Shown piece by piece: positions 38,339-47,747 of a DNA stretch of 62,919 nt (its first letter is position 1; each line of letters begins with the position of its first letter). Under the pieces are notes generated by a model, which saw nothing but the letters and a program-made list of their open reading frames with translations, was not told the DNA's origin and ran no database searches. Made by a program: the position numbers and the translations under genes. Source of the stretch: a virus. Lineage: Duplodnaviria; Caudoviricetes. The stretch covers positions 1-62,919 of IMG/VR virus record IMGVR_UViG_3300021962_000100; one strand, 5' to 3'.

Positions 38339-41089
38339 CTATTTTTTCTTTTTATCAGAAGATTTGCCATCATATTTATTCTTATTGACTCTTGCTATTT
38401 CTAGTTGTTTATTTGCTATGTCTTCTTGTGTTTGTAATTTCTGTTGTTCCATACTCATTTTCTGAGAATGTTTCACCATATCATCACTTTGCTTTTGTCT
38501 TTGGATATCTGTTTGAGCTTGGTATTGTTCAGTTGCTCTGATTTCTTTCATAGCATCTCTATAGTCAGACATTTGATTTTGATCAACATCTGCCATTGAT
38601 CCATAACCAGCAGCTCTAATTTCAGCAACAGTAATATCTTTTTGAATCATCTTATCATCTCTTTCAGCAGCAGCCTGGATATCCATTTGTTTTTGTTTCT
38701 CCTGAGATGCAAGTTGTTCTTGTTGCATTTGTTGTTGCTGTTGCATTTCTTGTTGTTTCATTTGCTGTTGTTTTTGCTCTGACATTTTAAGAACAGTATT
38801 TATTTCAGCAATTGAATCTGATTGAACAATCTTACCAAGATCATAAATAGAAGCTCCGGTTGTATTATTTTGAATAGCCATTTGTTTTAACTGCTCAAGC
38901 ACAGCTCTATGATTTGCAGTAGTACTACAGAAAATATTAAGATCTCTCATTAATAAATCTGTACCTTCAATCTGGAATGCAACTTTTTCATCAGCTTCAG
39001 TGATATATGTAAGTCTTGCAGAAGGTTTTGTACTGTGATAATACTGAGCTAAGTCTGTACGCATTTGGTGCACCCTAGGCATTAGATAATCACAGTGTTG
39101 AATAAAGAATACTTCTGTCTGTGCATAAGACGCTGCAGCAGCTTGTTCTACTCCAGTAGCAGTCATTTGAGATAACTGTTGCCCCATTCTTTGTGGATTA
39201 ACACCAATTACTTCATATGCTTGTTGCTTAAAGTGATTTGCTAATTGAATTCTAGACATTAATCTTTCTGTTTGAGAAAGATCAAGTTTTTGGAAATGCT
39301 GGAAGTTTAATGCATTTTCAGTATTTGAAATAGATGTATCCAAAGGAAGCATCTGGAAATTCTTCATTGCAACATATGCTTTAGCATAATTACCTTTACC
39401 CCAATCTTCTCCAAGAGAATGTTTAGGTAAAGTATTTTGGTCAAGCATGATAATTGTACCTAGTTCATCAACTAGAATATCTGCAATCTGATTATTTACA
39501 ATATTGTATCCAATCTGATATGGCTTCATTAAATCTAATAAAGCAGTAGAACGTGTATTTCTATCTGTAAATACAGCTCCTTCTACAGGAAGTTTACAAC
39601 CATATAGACTGTTATCACCTTTAAATTGGAATCTTAATGGTCCAATCTTATGTTTATCAACACCAATATATATTGGAGTAAATCCTCCAGGATTATTCAT
39701 ACCCCAGAATGAAGGAATGTTTGGTCCAATTTTTACACCACCCCAAACTTCATTAATCCAAATCCAATCTATATGCTCTCCATAAACTAAGTTGTCTCTT
39801 GTTCTATTTTTATACAGCCTTGTATCATAGATAGGTTTATCTGAAACTGAATAATCTTCACTTACAATTTCAGTTAGTACTTCTCCTGTTTCAGATATCT
39901 TTGTTAAGTGTCCTACTTTTTTCTGAGATTTCCAATAAGCTGTAGTTACTCTTAATAAATAAGCAGTTCCTTGATCGTAGTAGTCTTCTCCCTCAGCAAG
40001 TATTTGTGTAATAATATCAGAACCATCTAGCACATTACCTCCCATAAATGAGGTATACTGTCTATATGCAAGAGAAGGCATATTTGTATTCCAGTCATGA
40101 GACTTGGTAGCATCATAAAAAGAACCATCATTCTGTAAGCCACCAATATTATATGCTGCAGATCTAATTGGATAAATAGCTTCAAGAGCTGCCATTTGTT
40201 CTTCTGTCATTAAGTAACCATACTTATCAATAACATCAGAAGGAGTCATCATATCTGTTTTACCAGCCCAGTTTCCTTGAGAAATATATCTATTATCAGG
40301 AGACTTATGATAGAATGAAATAACTGGATTCCATAGTTCTACTTCATAATCATCTTCCATCATACGGAAGTGCCAGAACTCTCTATCAGTAATAAGCATA
40401 TCACGGAAACCTCTTTCCTCTAGCTCATCCATTTTAAATCTTTCAACATCAACTTTATGTTGGTGTGTTGCCCATTGCTCAATCATAGATCTATAATCTT
40501 TTTGAAAGAACTTTTCTATTTCAGGCAATGATTTAACTTTTTGAGGATCTAATTGTTGCTGTGCTTCTGGTGAATTAGGATCTAATCCTTGTTCAATTAA
40601 TGCTGCAATAATTTTAGTTTGTGCATCAGCCATTAATGTTTCTTCAACCAAAGATCTTTTTTGTTCTAACATTTCATTATATGAAACATCATCAACGGCT
40701 CTATATGTAAGTTTAGTAGATCTCTTAGCAAATTCACCTACTAAGACATTAATAACATTTGGAATAATTGGATAGAATTTAAGTTCTAAAGCTGAAGCAT
40801 CTTCTTTAGTAAGTAAATCTACAATATCTCTATATTCATTATTCTCTTCTACTATGTAATCTGTTCTATCAATAATTCCTTTTGCTAACTTATAGTTCTT
40901 CATAAGTCTGCGGGCATTTCTTCTAATCTGCTTTAGACCATTCCATTCTAACCAATCTAAATTCCATGCTGCCCAGTGCTCATCTTTTTCTTTTTTAGGA
41001 ATAAACTGCAATGGTTGAGTAACACTACCTAATCGGCTTTGCTCAACCTTTGCTCCCTTTTTTAATTGCATTGCGTTAAATACCTGCAT
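38339..41089 (-). CDS. Portal protein
   Basis: 916 aa directly after terminase. YPIIPNVINVLVGE, WINEVW.G.KIG and C-terminal Gln-rich coiled coil fit crAss-like portals. Confidence 0.85.
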   Translation of the reverse strand: MQVFNAMQLKKGAKVEQSRLGSVTQPLQFIPKKEKDEHWAAWNLDWLEWNGLKQIRRNARRLMKNYKLAKGIIDRTDYIVEENNEYRDIVDLLTKEDASALELKFYPIIPNVINVLVGEFAKRSTKLTYRAVDDVSYNEMLEQKRSLVEETLMADAQTKIIAALIEQGLDPNSPEAQQQLDPQKVKSLPEIEKFFQKDYRSMIEQWATHQHKVDVERFKMDELEERGFRDMLITDREFWHFRMMEDDYEVELWNPVISFYHKSPDNRYISQGNWAGKTDMMTPSDVIDKYGYLMTEEQMAALEAIYPIRSAAYNIGGLQNDGSFYDATKSHDWNTNMPSLAYRQYTSFMGGNVLDGSDIITQILAEGEDYYDQGTAYLLRVTTAYWKSQKKVGHLTKISETGEVLTEIVSEDYSVSDKPIYDTRLYKNRTRDNLVYGEHIDWIWINEVWGGVKIGPNIPSFWGMNNPGGFTPIYIGVDKHKIGPLRFQFKGDNSLYGCKLPVEGAVFTDRNTRSTALLDLMKPYQIGYNIVNNQIADILVDELGTIIMLDQNTLPKHSLGEDWGKGNYAKAYVAMKNFQMLPLDTSISNTENALNFQHFQKLDLSQTERLMSRIQLANHFKQQAYEVIGVNPQRMGQQLSQMTATGVEQAAAASYAQTEVFFIQHCDYLMPRVHQMRTDLAQYYHSTKPSARLTYITEADEKVAFQIEGTDLLMRDLNIFCSTTANHRAVLEQLKQMAIQNNTTGASIYDLGKIVQSDSIAEINTVLKMSEQKQQQMKQQEMQQQQQMQQEQLASQEKQKQMDIQAAAERDDKMIQKDITVAEIRAAGYGSMADVDQNQMSDYRDAMKEIRATEQYQAQTDIQRQKQSDDMVKHSQKMSMEQQKLQTQEDIANKQLEIARVNKNKYDGKSSDKKKK

Positions 41090-41094
41090 AGCTT

Positions 41095-43299
41095 TTATTT
41101 AATATTTTTGAAAGGTGATCTTTTAAAATTTTGAGAATTAAAAGATGAGTTCATTCCTAAATTACGGAATGGACTTCTATTTAATTTAAACAAATTATCT
41201 GACTTTTGCAAGTTTTTAGAGGCATCATCCATGATAACTCTTTTAGAATAACCCCTATTAGCTTGCTGGATTCTCATGAATGCAACTAATGCAGCAAATG
41301 ACACAAGTCTATCCACGTTGACTCCTTCTGCATATTCTTGCATTTCTTTAAGTAACATTGGATCAGGTATACGTTCTATACCATATTTAGTCCTTACAAT
41401 AGTACCATCAGTTTTTGTTTCTACATCTAATTCTTCTTTACAATATTCAATAGCATAACTTAATAAGTGAGCTTTAAATAATGTACCTGTGTTTTTCCAA
41501 CCATACTCCTGAAATACATTAGCATTGGCACCTAGATCTTTTAAGAATAAGATCTGACTCTTAGGTACTAAGTATCTTTGTTTCTTTCTAGATATCATGT
41601 ACTGAATAAATAATGAAATGTTATTTTCAATTACTGTCCACGCATTATACCATTCTATGATTAGTTCTAGTTTTTGGTGAGTTTTATTAATATCATCAAA
41701 TCTACCACACCAAGCAGCTACAATCTTATCTGGTTCTATATATGTTTCTGTTTCTCCCATAGTTACTTTAGTAACTTCTACTGGAGCTTTCATAATATAG
41801 ATTGAACAGAGTGATTCTGAAGTTGTTGTTTTACCTTCAGAGACAGGGTCAATAGAAGCATAGTACTGGCCAAATGTGGGATCCTTAATTGGTCTTTCCC
41901 ATACAACAAGTACTCCAGTTTTATCTTCTGTTTTTTTACTTATAGGAAATTCTTTGATAGGTTGTTTATCTGTATTTTTTACAGCTACTTTACCATTCTC
42001 ATCAGTAAAAATATCTAAGAACTCATAAGCATATTCTTTCTCTTCAATCCTTCTTCCTTGTGCAGCAACTAAATGTGCAGGGAATACTGATACAGATCTA
42101 TGAGCAAATGCTTCTTGAATATTTCTTGGGTGCTGAGAAATACGTAGTTGATAGTCTTCTGGAGAAAGTTCTTTTTTCCATTGTTCAAACTGTGCATCTA
42201 AAGCTATAAGAGCTTCTTCTACTTTAGAATTACCAAAGTCATCTATGTATGGGGGCATTGACCATTGTTCAGGAATAAACAAACCTGACAAACCTACAGT
42301 TCCTTTATTATCTAAAAGATTAGTTTCTACAGCATAAATATCTTTAGAAAGAGGATTAAGAATCATATCTCTTAGTGGATTACACTGAGACAAGTCACCC
42401 ACAGATCCTGCTGCAATAAACATACCTGTAGTAACCATACCTGAGCGCATAGCTGGACGCATGTACTCATATGTCTGATCCATCTTAGGTGCAATCCCTG
42501 CCTCCTCATGGAAGAAGTATTTTACCGGACCCCCTACACCATTTGTTGGATCTTTCTCAAATGACATACCTTGGATAGTACCTTTGAGACCAACTTCTGT
42601 TTTTCTATCTCCTTTTCTTACTTCAATCTTCTGTTGCCACATCATAACCTTATCTGGTGACATAGGTCTATACCATGCTGTATGCTCATTTAAGAAGGCT
42701 GCATATTCTTGTAAGAATTTCCAGGATCCTTTCTCATTGATGTAGTCTTTAAGACTTGCTCCCATCTTAAGGGTAACCCCTGCCTCAAACCATTGCTGGT
42801 TTATAAACTTACCCATATGATAATAAGAGGATGCAATCTGACGTTTCTTTAAGATGGCAGAATGCTTATAGTTTAACTCAGCTAATAACTCATAAAGAGC
42901 CATGTGATACTGAGCATCCCTAATCTTAGCAAAGTCAAACTTCTGTTGTTCCTTATCAAAGATTGGTAAGAAGTTAAGCCACATATAGTATTCTCTTGCA
43001 AGAAACCATGTATTGCTTTCATCTTTTATAATTACACCTTTTCTACATTTTAACTTTTGATCATCCCAATAGGATATAAAGTCTTTTGATTTGAATGGGG
43101 CTGTGCAATATACTCCAGTATCTCTAAACTTTCTTGACTCAGATATAAATACCTGATTAGTTGTATCGTTGAATCCGTACTTACCGGGTTCTTTGAAAAC
43201 CCCAAATATGAAGTTGCTGAAGTCCTCTCTGGATTCAAAACTTGTGGTTGTCCATGTTCCATTGTCATAGGTTGGTATGTCTTGATAAATCTCACTCAT
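41095..43299 (-). CDS. terL: Terminase large subunit
   Basis: Walker A-like LKKRQIASS, Walker B FFHEEAG, nuclease ASIDPV and C-terminal NVDRL. Confidence 0.92.
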   Translation of the reverse strand: MSEIYQDIPTYDNGTWTTTSFESREDFSNFIFGVFKEPGKYGFNDTTNQVFISESRKFRDTGVYCTAPFKSKDFISYWDDQKLKCRKGVIIKDESNTWFLAREYYMWLNFLPIFDKEQQKFDFAKIRDAQYHMALYELLAELNYKHSAILKKRQIASSYYHMGKFINQQWFEAGVTLKMGASLKDYINEKGSWKFLQEYAAFLNEHTAWYRPMSPDKVMMWQQKIEVRKGDRKTEVGLKGTIQGMSFEKDPTNGVGGPVKYFFHEEAGIAPKMDQTYEYMRPAMRSGMVTTGMFIAAGSVGDLSQCNPLRDMILNPLSKDIYAVETNLLDNKGTVGLSGLFIPEQWSMPPYIDDFGNSKVEEALIALDAQFEQWKKELSPEDYQLRISQHPRNIQEAFAHRSVSVFPAHLVAAQGRRIEEKEYAYEFLDIFTDENGKVAVKNTDKQPIKEFPISKKTEDKTGVLVVWERPIKDPTFGQYYASIDPVSEGKTTTSESLCSIYIMKAPVEVTKVTMGETETYIEPDKIVAAWCGRFDDINKTHQKLELIIEWYNAWTVIENNISLFIQYMISRKKQRYLVPKSQILFLKDLGANANVFQEYGWKNTGTLFKAHLLSYAIEYCKEELDVETKTDGTIVRTKYGIERIPDPMLLKEMQEYAEGVNVDRLVSFAALVAFMRIQQANRGYSKRVIMDDASKNLQKSDNLFKLNRSPFRNLGMNSSFNSQNFKRSPFKNIK

Positions 43300-43301
43300 A
43301 G

Positions 43302-43817
43302 TTAACTATCATAAGCTAATCCTTGCCCACCTCTTACTTTACTTGATTGCTCATCTTGAAGATCTTTATAGACTCCCTTAAATGATGCTCTAATCTGGTC
43401 AAAGTTTTTGGCTGCAGCTACTAGTGAATTAATATTTCCATCTCTTCCTGCAGTGATAGCTGTTGTTTCCATGTATCTAGCTAATCTATCTAGCATAGAT
43501 GCCATTCCTTTGTATGCTCTAGAAGTTGGTGTTTCATACATTCTTTCACAGAATAAAAGAGCTGTATGAATATCATCATCTTCTGTAGAGAATTCTGCTT
43601 CTATTTCTTTTAGAATAATATGTTCTTTATCTATCTCCGGAGTATGAAAGAATGGATTCATATCTGGATTAGGACATGTCATATAGAATAAGTAGAGATA
43701 TATTTTAAGATGATCTTCTGGATAATTATCCATGATATCCTTAAGTGCCTTTAGGGTATAGCAATGTTCTGTTGGAATCACTTTGCCATTTTGTACGTCA
43801 AATAGTCTGACTAGCAT
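43302..43817 (-). CDS. Conserved protein upstream of terL (possible terminase small subunit)
   Basis: Probable start MLVRLFD at 43817, 1 nt after the upstream stop. Helical; position only. Confidence 0.45.
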   Translation of the reverse strand: MLVRLFDVQNGKVIPTEHCYTLKALKDIMDNYPEDHLKIYLYLFYMTCPNPDMNPFFHTPEIDKEHIILKEIEAEFSTEDDDIHTALLFCERMYETPTSRAYKGMASMLDRLARYMETTAITAGRDGNINSLVAAAKNFDQIRASFKGVYKDLQDEQSSKVRGGQGLAYDS

Positions 43818-43818
43818 A

Positions 43819-44655
43819 TTATTTCTTTTTAATAATATAAGGATTCTCCTTAAGGTAATTGATAACAGAGATGACCTCATCATAAAGATAAGGCACTGGC
43901 ATTGGTATTACTTCTAATACTTTTGGCTCTCCATTCTCATCTAATTTAGCAATAGGATATCCATATTGATCTTCACCTTCTGTTTCAAATGTAATATGAT
44001 GTATAAATATTTTTCCTGGTTGAAGTTTAGGATTATGCTTTAAGATAATATACATATAGATACTCAACTGTAAAGCATAATGATTAAAATTACAATCATC
44101 TAAATGATCTACTGGAGAAAGCATCTTCTCTGACATTCCCTCCCAGTTTTTAAATGATTCTTTTTTAATCTCTTTATTAGTTTTGTAGTCAATGATATTT
44201 ACTCTACCATTGACTACTTCAACTAAATCTGATTGGCCACATAAGCCTGCTGACTTAAGATAGACCATATGTTCAGGGTACACGCCTGGATCAAGTTTTT
44301 GTGAAGGAGCAATCTTTAAACCATTTGGCTCTTCATACGGTTTAAATATAGGAACAGTAACCCCATCTCTTTCAATAGATGCAAGTGAACATAAGTCAGC
44401 TTCTCTTTGGTTGTGATAGAATGTTCCAAGTGTTGTAGCTCTATTAGCTTCATTATCCCAAATTTGTACAATAGTTTTTGGATCAATACCATACCATTTA
44501 GACTTCTTATTCTTACTGACTCTTTCTGCCACTTTCTTAGCATCAAAAGGTTTCTTAAGACTAGATAGTAAAGTAGTCACACTAACCCACTTGATTTCAT
44601 CATTAGGATCTACACTTTTGTAACTGTGATCATCTGCATTAAATACTATACTCAT
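43819..44655 (-). CDS. PD-(D/E)xK (RecB/Cas4-like) nuclease
   Basis: SVTT...GTFYH...E...GQSDL...IIDYKT...YALQLSIY motifs. Confidence 0.85.
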   Translation of the reverse strand: MSIVFNADDHSYKSVDPNDEIKWVSVTTLLSSLKKPFDAKKVAERVSKNKKSKWYGIDPKTIVQIWDNEANRATTLGTFYHNQREADLCSLASIERDGVTVPIFKPYEEPNGLKIAPSQKLDPGVYPEHMVYLKSAGLCGQSDLVEVVNGRVNIIDYKTNKEIKKESFKNWEGMSEKMLSPVDHLDDCNFNHYALQLSIYMYIILKHNPKLQPGKIFIHHITFETEGEDQYGYPIAKLDENGEPKVLEVIPMPVPYLYDEVISVINYLKENPYIIKKK

Positions 44656-44945
44656 AACTGTTCTAATTTATCTTCTTCCTCTTCTGTAGCAATTGCTTGC
44701 CATTTACCAAGAGGACACTCTGATGAAAGAGATCTAGTCTTAAAAGTTAATGAACATCCACATTCATTACAACATGGAGCTGTACCTTTTACAGCACACT
44801 TTTTACCTTTACTAGGACATTCATCACAAACATCATATCTCATTCTTGCAACATCCTCTACAAACTCATCTCTTACTACTGAATTTTTAATGCCTTCAAG
44901 AATTGCTTTTTTATTCTCCCAAATTGCTTTTAGTGCAGCTTTCAT
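44652..44945 (-). CDS. Small Cys-rich zinc-binding protein
   Basis: CDEC...CNECGC...CPLGKW. Confidence 0.7.
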   Translation of the reverse strand: MKAALKAIWENKKAILEGIKNSVVRDEFVEDVARMRYDVCDECPSKGKKCAVKGTAPCCNECGCSLTFKTRSLSSECPLGKWQAIATEEEEDKLEQL

Positions 44946-45300
44946 TTTTGGTTTTTTTAAATGTCTCTTTTTTTATTTTTTCTTCATCAAGTTTTTTATC
45001 TAAATTTTCAAGTAACTCTACTTTATCTTCTAACATTTTTTTATTATAGTATGCTCTAAAAGTAGAAGTATCATGAGATTCTAGAATTTTTTTAAACCTT
45101 TGAATAGATTTTTTAACAAGTGCTGGTCTAGCTACAAACTGACCTAATCCTTCAACATTAATTCTAGGATTAGTTAATCCTGTTAATTCAGTTCTTAGAT
45201 TTTTGTAATATACTTGAATTAAATCTTCAACAAGATCCGTAGGAACATTTAATTCCTCAGCAAGTTCTTTATATAAAGTGCTTGATTTTTTAGGAGTCAT
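44911..45300 (-). CDS. HU/IHF-like DNA-binding protein
   Basis: ELAEELNV...INVEGLGQF HU-fold signature. Confidence 0.7.
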   Translation of the reverse strand: MTPKKSSTLYKELAEELNVPTDLVEDLIQVYYKNLRTELTGLTNPRINVEGLGQFVARPALVKKSIQRFKKILESHDTSTFRAYYNKKMLEDKVELLENLDKKLDEEKIKKETFKKTKNESCTKSNLGE

Positions 45301-45656
45301 CTGCCAAAAAACTTATAATCTAATAATATATCACCTTCTATTTGAATTTTTAAATCTGGATTTAGCATTACAATTTTTTTATTATCGGCATCTTTTACAA
45401 CTAAAGAATGCTTTTCACATTTGTTAATACAATTTCTTACAGTTTGTTCTGATTTAAAAATTGTAAACTCATTTGATGCTTCATAACAAAAACTTGATAA
45501 TTCTAATGGGCCAATTGTACTAAGCAACGTCAAGCACTCAAAATCTGAATCACTCAATGATATTTTATTAATATAACAATGAGTGAGTATTTGATATTTA
45601 ATAATATCTTTTTTAGACATTATTACTTTTTTCTGTACTTGATTTACTAAAGCCAT
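45297..45656 (-). CDS. Hypothetical protein, possible winged-helix
   Basis: 119 aa with SEQTVRNCINKCEKHSLVVK helix-wing pattern. Confidence 0.5.
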   Translation of the reverse strand: MALVNQVQKKVIMSKKDIIKYQILTHCYINKISLSDSDFECLTLLSTIGPLELSSFCYEASNEFTIFKSEQTVRNCINKCEKHSLVVKDADNKKIVMLNPDLKIQIEGDILLDYKFFGR

Positions 45657-45658
45657 GA

Positions 45659-45952
45659 TTAATTTTTTCTAAGTCTCCTTGGTGGTTCTTCAGAAGTTTG
45701 TTGATCATTATTTACATTATCTTCTTCAACACCTTCTTCACCCATTTCTTGTTGTGCTTGCATCATCATTGCATACTGCATTTGCACATTTGTTCTTTTA
45801 AACCTTACCTCATCAATTTTAAATAGCATTTCTTCGTATTCAAATTGAGCCTTTAAATAAGGTAAAGAATCTTTATAGAATTTAAGCATTTCTTTTCTTT
45901 TTGCTTCTAATTCTTCAGGTGTAAAAACCTGTTCTACATGTTGATTTTCCAT
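45659..45952 (-). CDS. Hypothetical coiled-coil protein
   Basis: 97-aa ORF, first gene after a TATATTTG element. Confidence 0.65.
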   Translation of the reverse strand: MENQHVEQVFTPEELEAKRKEMLKFYKDSLPYLKAQFEYEEMLFKIDEVRFKRTNVQMQYAMMMQAQQEMGEEGVEEDNVNNDQQTSEEPPRRLRKN

Positions 45953-45975
45953 TTTTATATATTTAAGATTTATAA

Positions 45976-45988
45976 CAAATATACAAAA
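45976..45988 (-). promoter_or_regulatory. Bacteroidota sigma -7 element (TAnnTTTG)
   Basis: Minus strand TTTTGTATATTTG between a terminator and the ATG at 45952. Confidence 0.6.
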
Positions 45989-46014
45989 TAAGTTTAAATG
46001 TATATTGTTTAAAT

Positions 46015-46044
46015 AAAAAATCCAGGCACAGAAAGTACCTGGAT
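46015..46044 (-). terminator. Intrinsic terminator after lysis genes
   Basis: ATCCAGG...CCTGGAT stem with A6 on its left. Confidence 0.7.
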
Positions 46045-46063
46045 CACAGTATCTTGTATATTA

Positions 46064-46222
46064 TTATCTATTTTTGATAGTAAGATTTAAGATTGTAAAA
46101 AGATAAAAGTCTCTAGATATATCAACTTCAATTGCTAAGATGTCAATAAAAGAGATTCTTAATTTAATGTTTAATTTATCCCACTGTTTTGCTGAGGATA
46201 TCCAACTGTTTCTAAATTTCAT
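46064..46222 (-). CDS. 52-aa hypothetical protein coupled to the endolysin stop (not in ORF track)
   Basis: MKFRNSWISSAKQWDKLNIKLRISFIDILAIEVDISRDFYLFTILNLTIKNR. Start overlaps the endolysin stop (TAATG). Confidence 0.6.
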   Translation of the reverse strand: MKFRNSWISSAKQWDKLNIKLRISFIDILAIEVDISRDFYLFTILNLTIKNR

Positions 46223-46740
46223 TATGCTTCATTTTTACTGATTGCACCTTTAGCACTAAGTTGTACTTTACGAACATTAGCTGGTTGTGCTACTTTCCAT
46301 TTAGTTCTTCTTGCTTGATGTAATCTTGATTTTAATATTCTTGATACGGATACTGAGTTTCCTTGATTCCCACCAAGTACATGATAGCAATCTTTGTCTT
46401 CTCCTACATAGATACCTACGTGACCTCCTCCGTCTCTTTTAAATGTAAGTACATCTCCTAACATAGGTTCAGCTACTTTAGTGCCATATTTAGCCCAGTT
46501 TAAAGCCCAGAGAGGTTTGTCTACTACTTCTACACCGGCTTGATGTGCACAATATGCAACAAACAATCCACACCATGGAATCTCATCTGCTGTATAAACT
46601 TTATCTAACTTAAGTTCTTTAGCCCAGTCCATAATTACAGGATTGTGTTGTTTACCAACAACTTCTTTAGTACCAATAAGCTTTACTGCTTCAACTAAAA
46701 TTTTTGGAGATTTTTCTTCCTGTAAAAAACTATAACTCAT
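46222..46740 (-). CDS. Endolysin, NlpC/P60-CHAP-like (TIGR02594-type) peptidoglycan hydrolase
   Basis: DEIPWCGLFV...GDVLTF...GHVG...LGGNQ catalytic Cys/His motifs, next to the holin. Confidence 0.85.
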   Translation of the reverse strand: MSYSFLQEEKSPKILVEAVKLIGTKEVVGKQHNPVIMDWAKELKLDKVYTADEIPWCGLFVAYCAHQAGVEVVDKPLWALNWAKYGTKVAEPMLGDVLTFKRDGGGHVGIYVGEDKDCYHVLGGNQGNSVSVSRILKSRLHQARRTKWKVAQPANVRKVQLSAKGAISKNEA

Positions 46741-46743
46741 ACA

Positions 46744-47241
46744 TTAATCTTTTATGTTCTTGTAGGTATCTGATACTTTCTCAATACCTCCTCTAATAGT
46801 TTTAACTACTCTGAACACTGATTTAAATATATTATTACCTGTAAGATCAAACCAGTTTTCATTAATAGATGATAACTCTATAATTGCAAATATATAAATA
46901 AGTGCATTTGTAAAAATAGCTTTAGTTGGTATTAGAATATCATATCCGGTTGCTTTAAGTAATCCTTGAGTAAATGGTGTAAAACCATAATAATCTAACG
47001 GAAGTATTGCAATGGCTACTACATAATAACCTAAAGCTTTAAAAATATAACCTCTTCTAAGTATTTTGGATTTAAATACATCTCTGTATTTTCTATTTTC
47101 ATCACAAGCAATCTTTTTAAGAGAGATAAGTTTGATAATTGTATCAACTAAGATGACAAACATTAGGAGAATAGCACTTAGTTCAATTGGAGAAACAAAA
47201 GAAAGTATTGACAATGTAAAGAGAGTTATTTTAGTTTTCAT
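46744..47241 (-). CDS. Holin
   Basis: Probable start MKTKITL at 47241. Several TM segments and IELSSINEN motif of toxin-secretion/phage holins. Confidence 0.75.
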   Translation of the reverse strand: MKTKITLFTLSILSFVSPIELSAILLMFVILVDTIIKLISLKKIACDENRKYRDVFKSKILRRGYIFKALGYYVVAIAILPLDYYGFTPFTQGLLKATGYDILIPTKAIFTNALIYIFAIIELSSINENWFDLTGNNIFKSVFRVVKTIRGGIEKVSDTYKNIKD

Positions 47242-47726
47242 GGTAGTCTTCTTGAAATCAATTTGAATAATATATAGATTAACAAGATGAATAACACAAT
47301 CCCTCCTACATAAGCTAGAAAGATCACCCAACTAGGGATGTACTTAATTCTTTCCGGCTTAGATGTTTTGGTGACTACTTTAGTGTGGTATACATCATTG
47401 CCTTTAATTACTTTATAAACTGTGTCAACAGTTGCCTTTGAAGTATACACATTATTCTGGAGTTTAGTTTGTAAGCTTAAGATTTTACCATCCTTATCTC
47501 TAAGAACTCCATTTAGTTTAGATAATACATTACCAAGGGAGTCACAATACAATGTATCTTGTATGTAAAGTGTTTCTCCCGGCAAAGTTATTGTTGTGTC
47601 TCTATATTCTGTGATTGTTACAGTGCTGTCCTTCTGTGTACACAATGGACAATACTTTGCTAGTCTTTTCTCTAATGAACAAGAGGAAACTGAAACAATA
47701 AGTAATAGATATAAAAAATACTTCAT
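47238..47726 (-). CDS. Putative unimolecular spanin (lipoprotein with C-terminal TM helix)
   Basis: Probable start MKYFLYLLLIVSVSSC (lipobox), beta-rich middle, C-terminal TM; in the lysis cassette. Confidence 0.65.
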   Translation of the reverse strand: MKYFLYLLLIVSVSSCSLEKRLAKYCPLCTQKDSTVTITEYRDTTITLPGETLYIQDTLYCDSLGNVLSKLNGVLRDKDGKILSLQTKLQNNVYTSKATVDTVYKVIKGNDVYHTKVVTKTSKPERIKYIPSWVIFLAYVGGIVLFILLIYILFKLISRRLP

Positions 47727-47728
47727 AT

Positions 47729-47745
47729 CTATAATATACAAAAAA
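47729..47745 (-). promoter_or_regulatory. Putative late promoter element
   Basis: TTTTTTGTATATTATAG ends 2 nt before the ATG at 47726. Confidence 0.55.
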
Positions 47746-47747
47746 TT

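Noticed and set aside
35332-43299. Introns or inteins in MCP, portal or terminase
   Set aside because: ORFs are continuous and of expected size, with no intein C/HN ends or homing endonuclease motifs seen.
43819-44655. Cas4-like nuclease as part of a CRISPR system
   Set aside because: No repeat-spacer array or other cas genes. Solo PD-(D/E)xK nucleases are common in these phages.
43818-47741. Longest-ORF starts for 43302-43883, 46744-47331 and 47238-47741
   Set aside because: They overlap upstream genes or a promoter motif. Internal ATGs at 43817, 47241 and 47726 give coupled starts and proper signal/TM N-termini.
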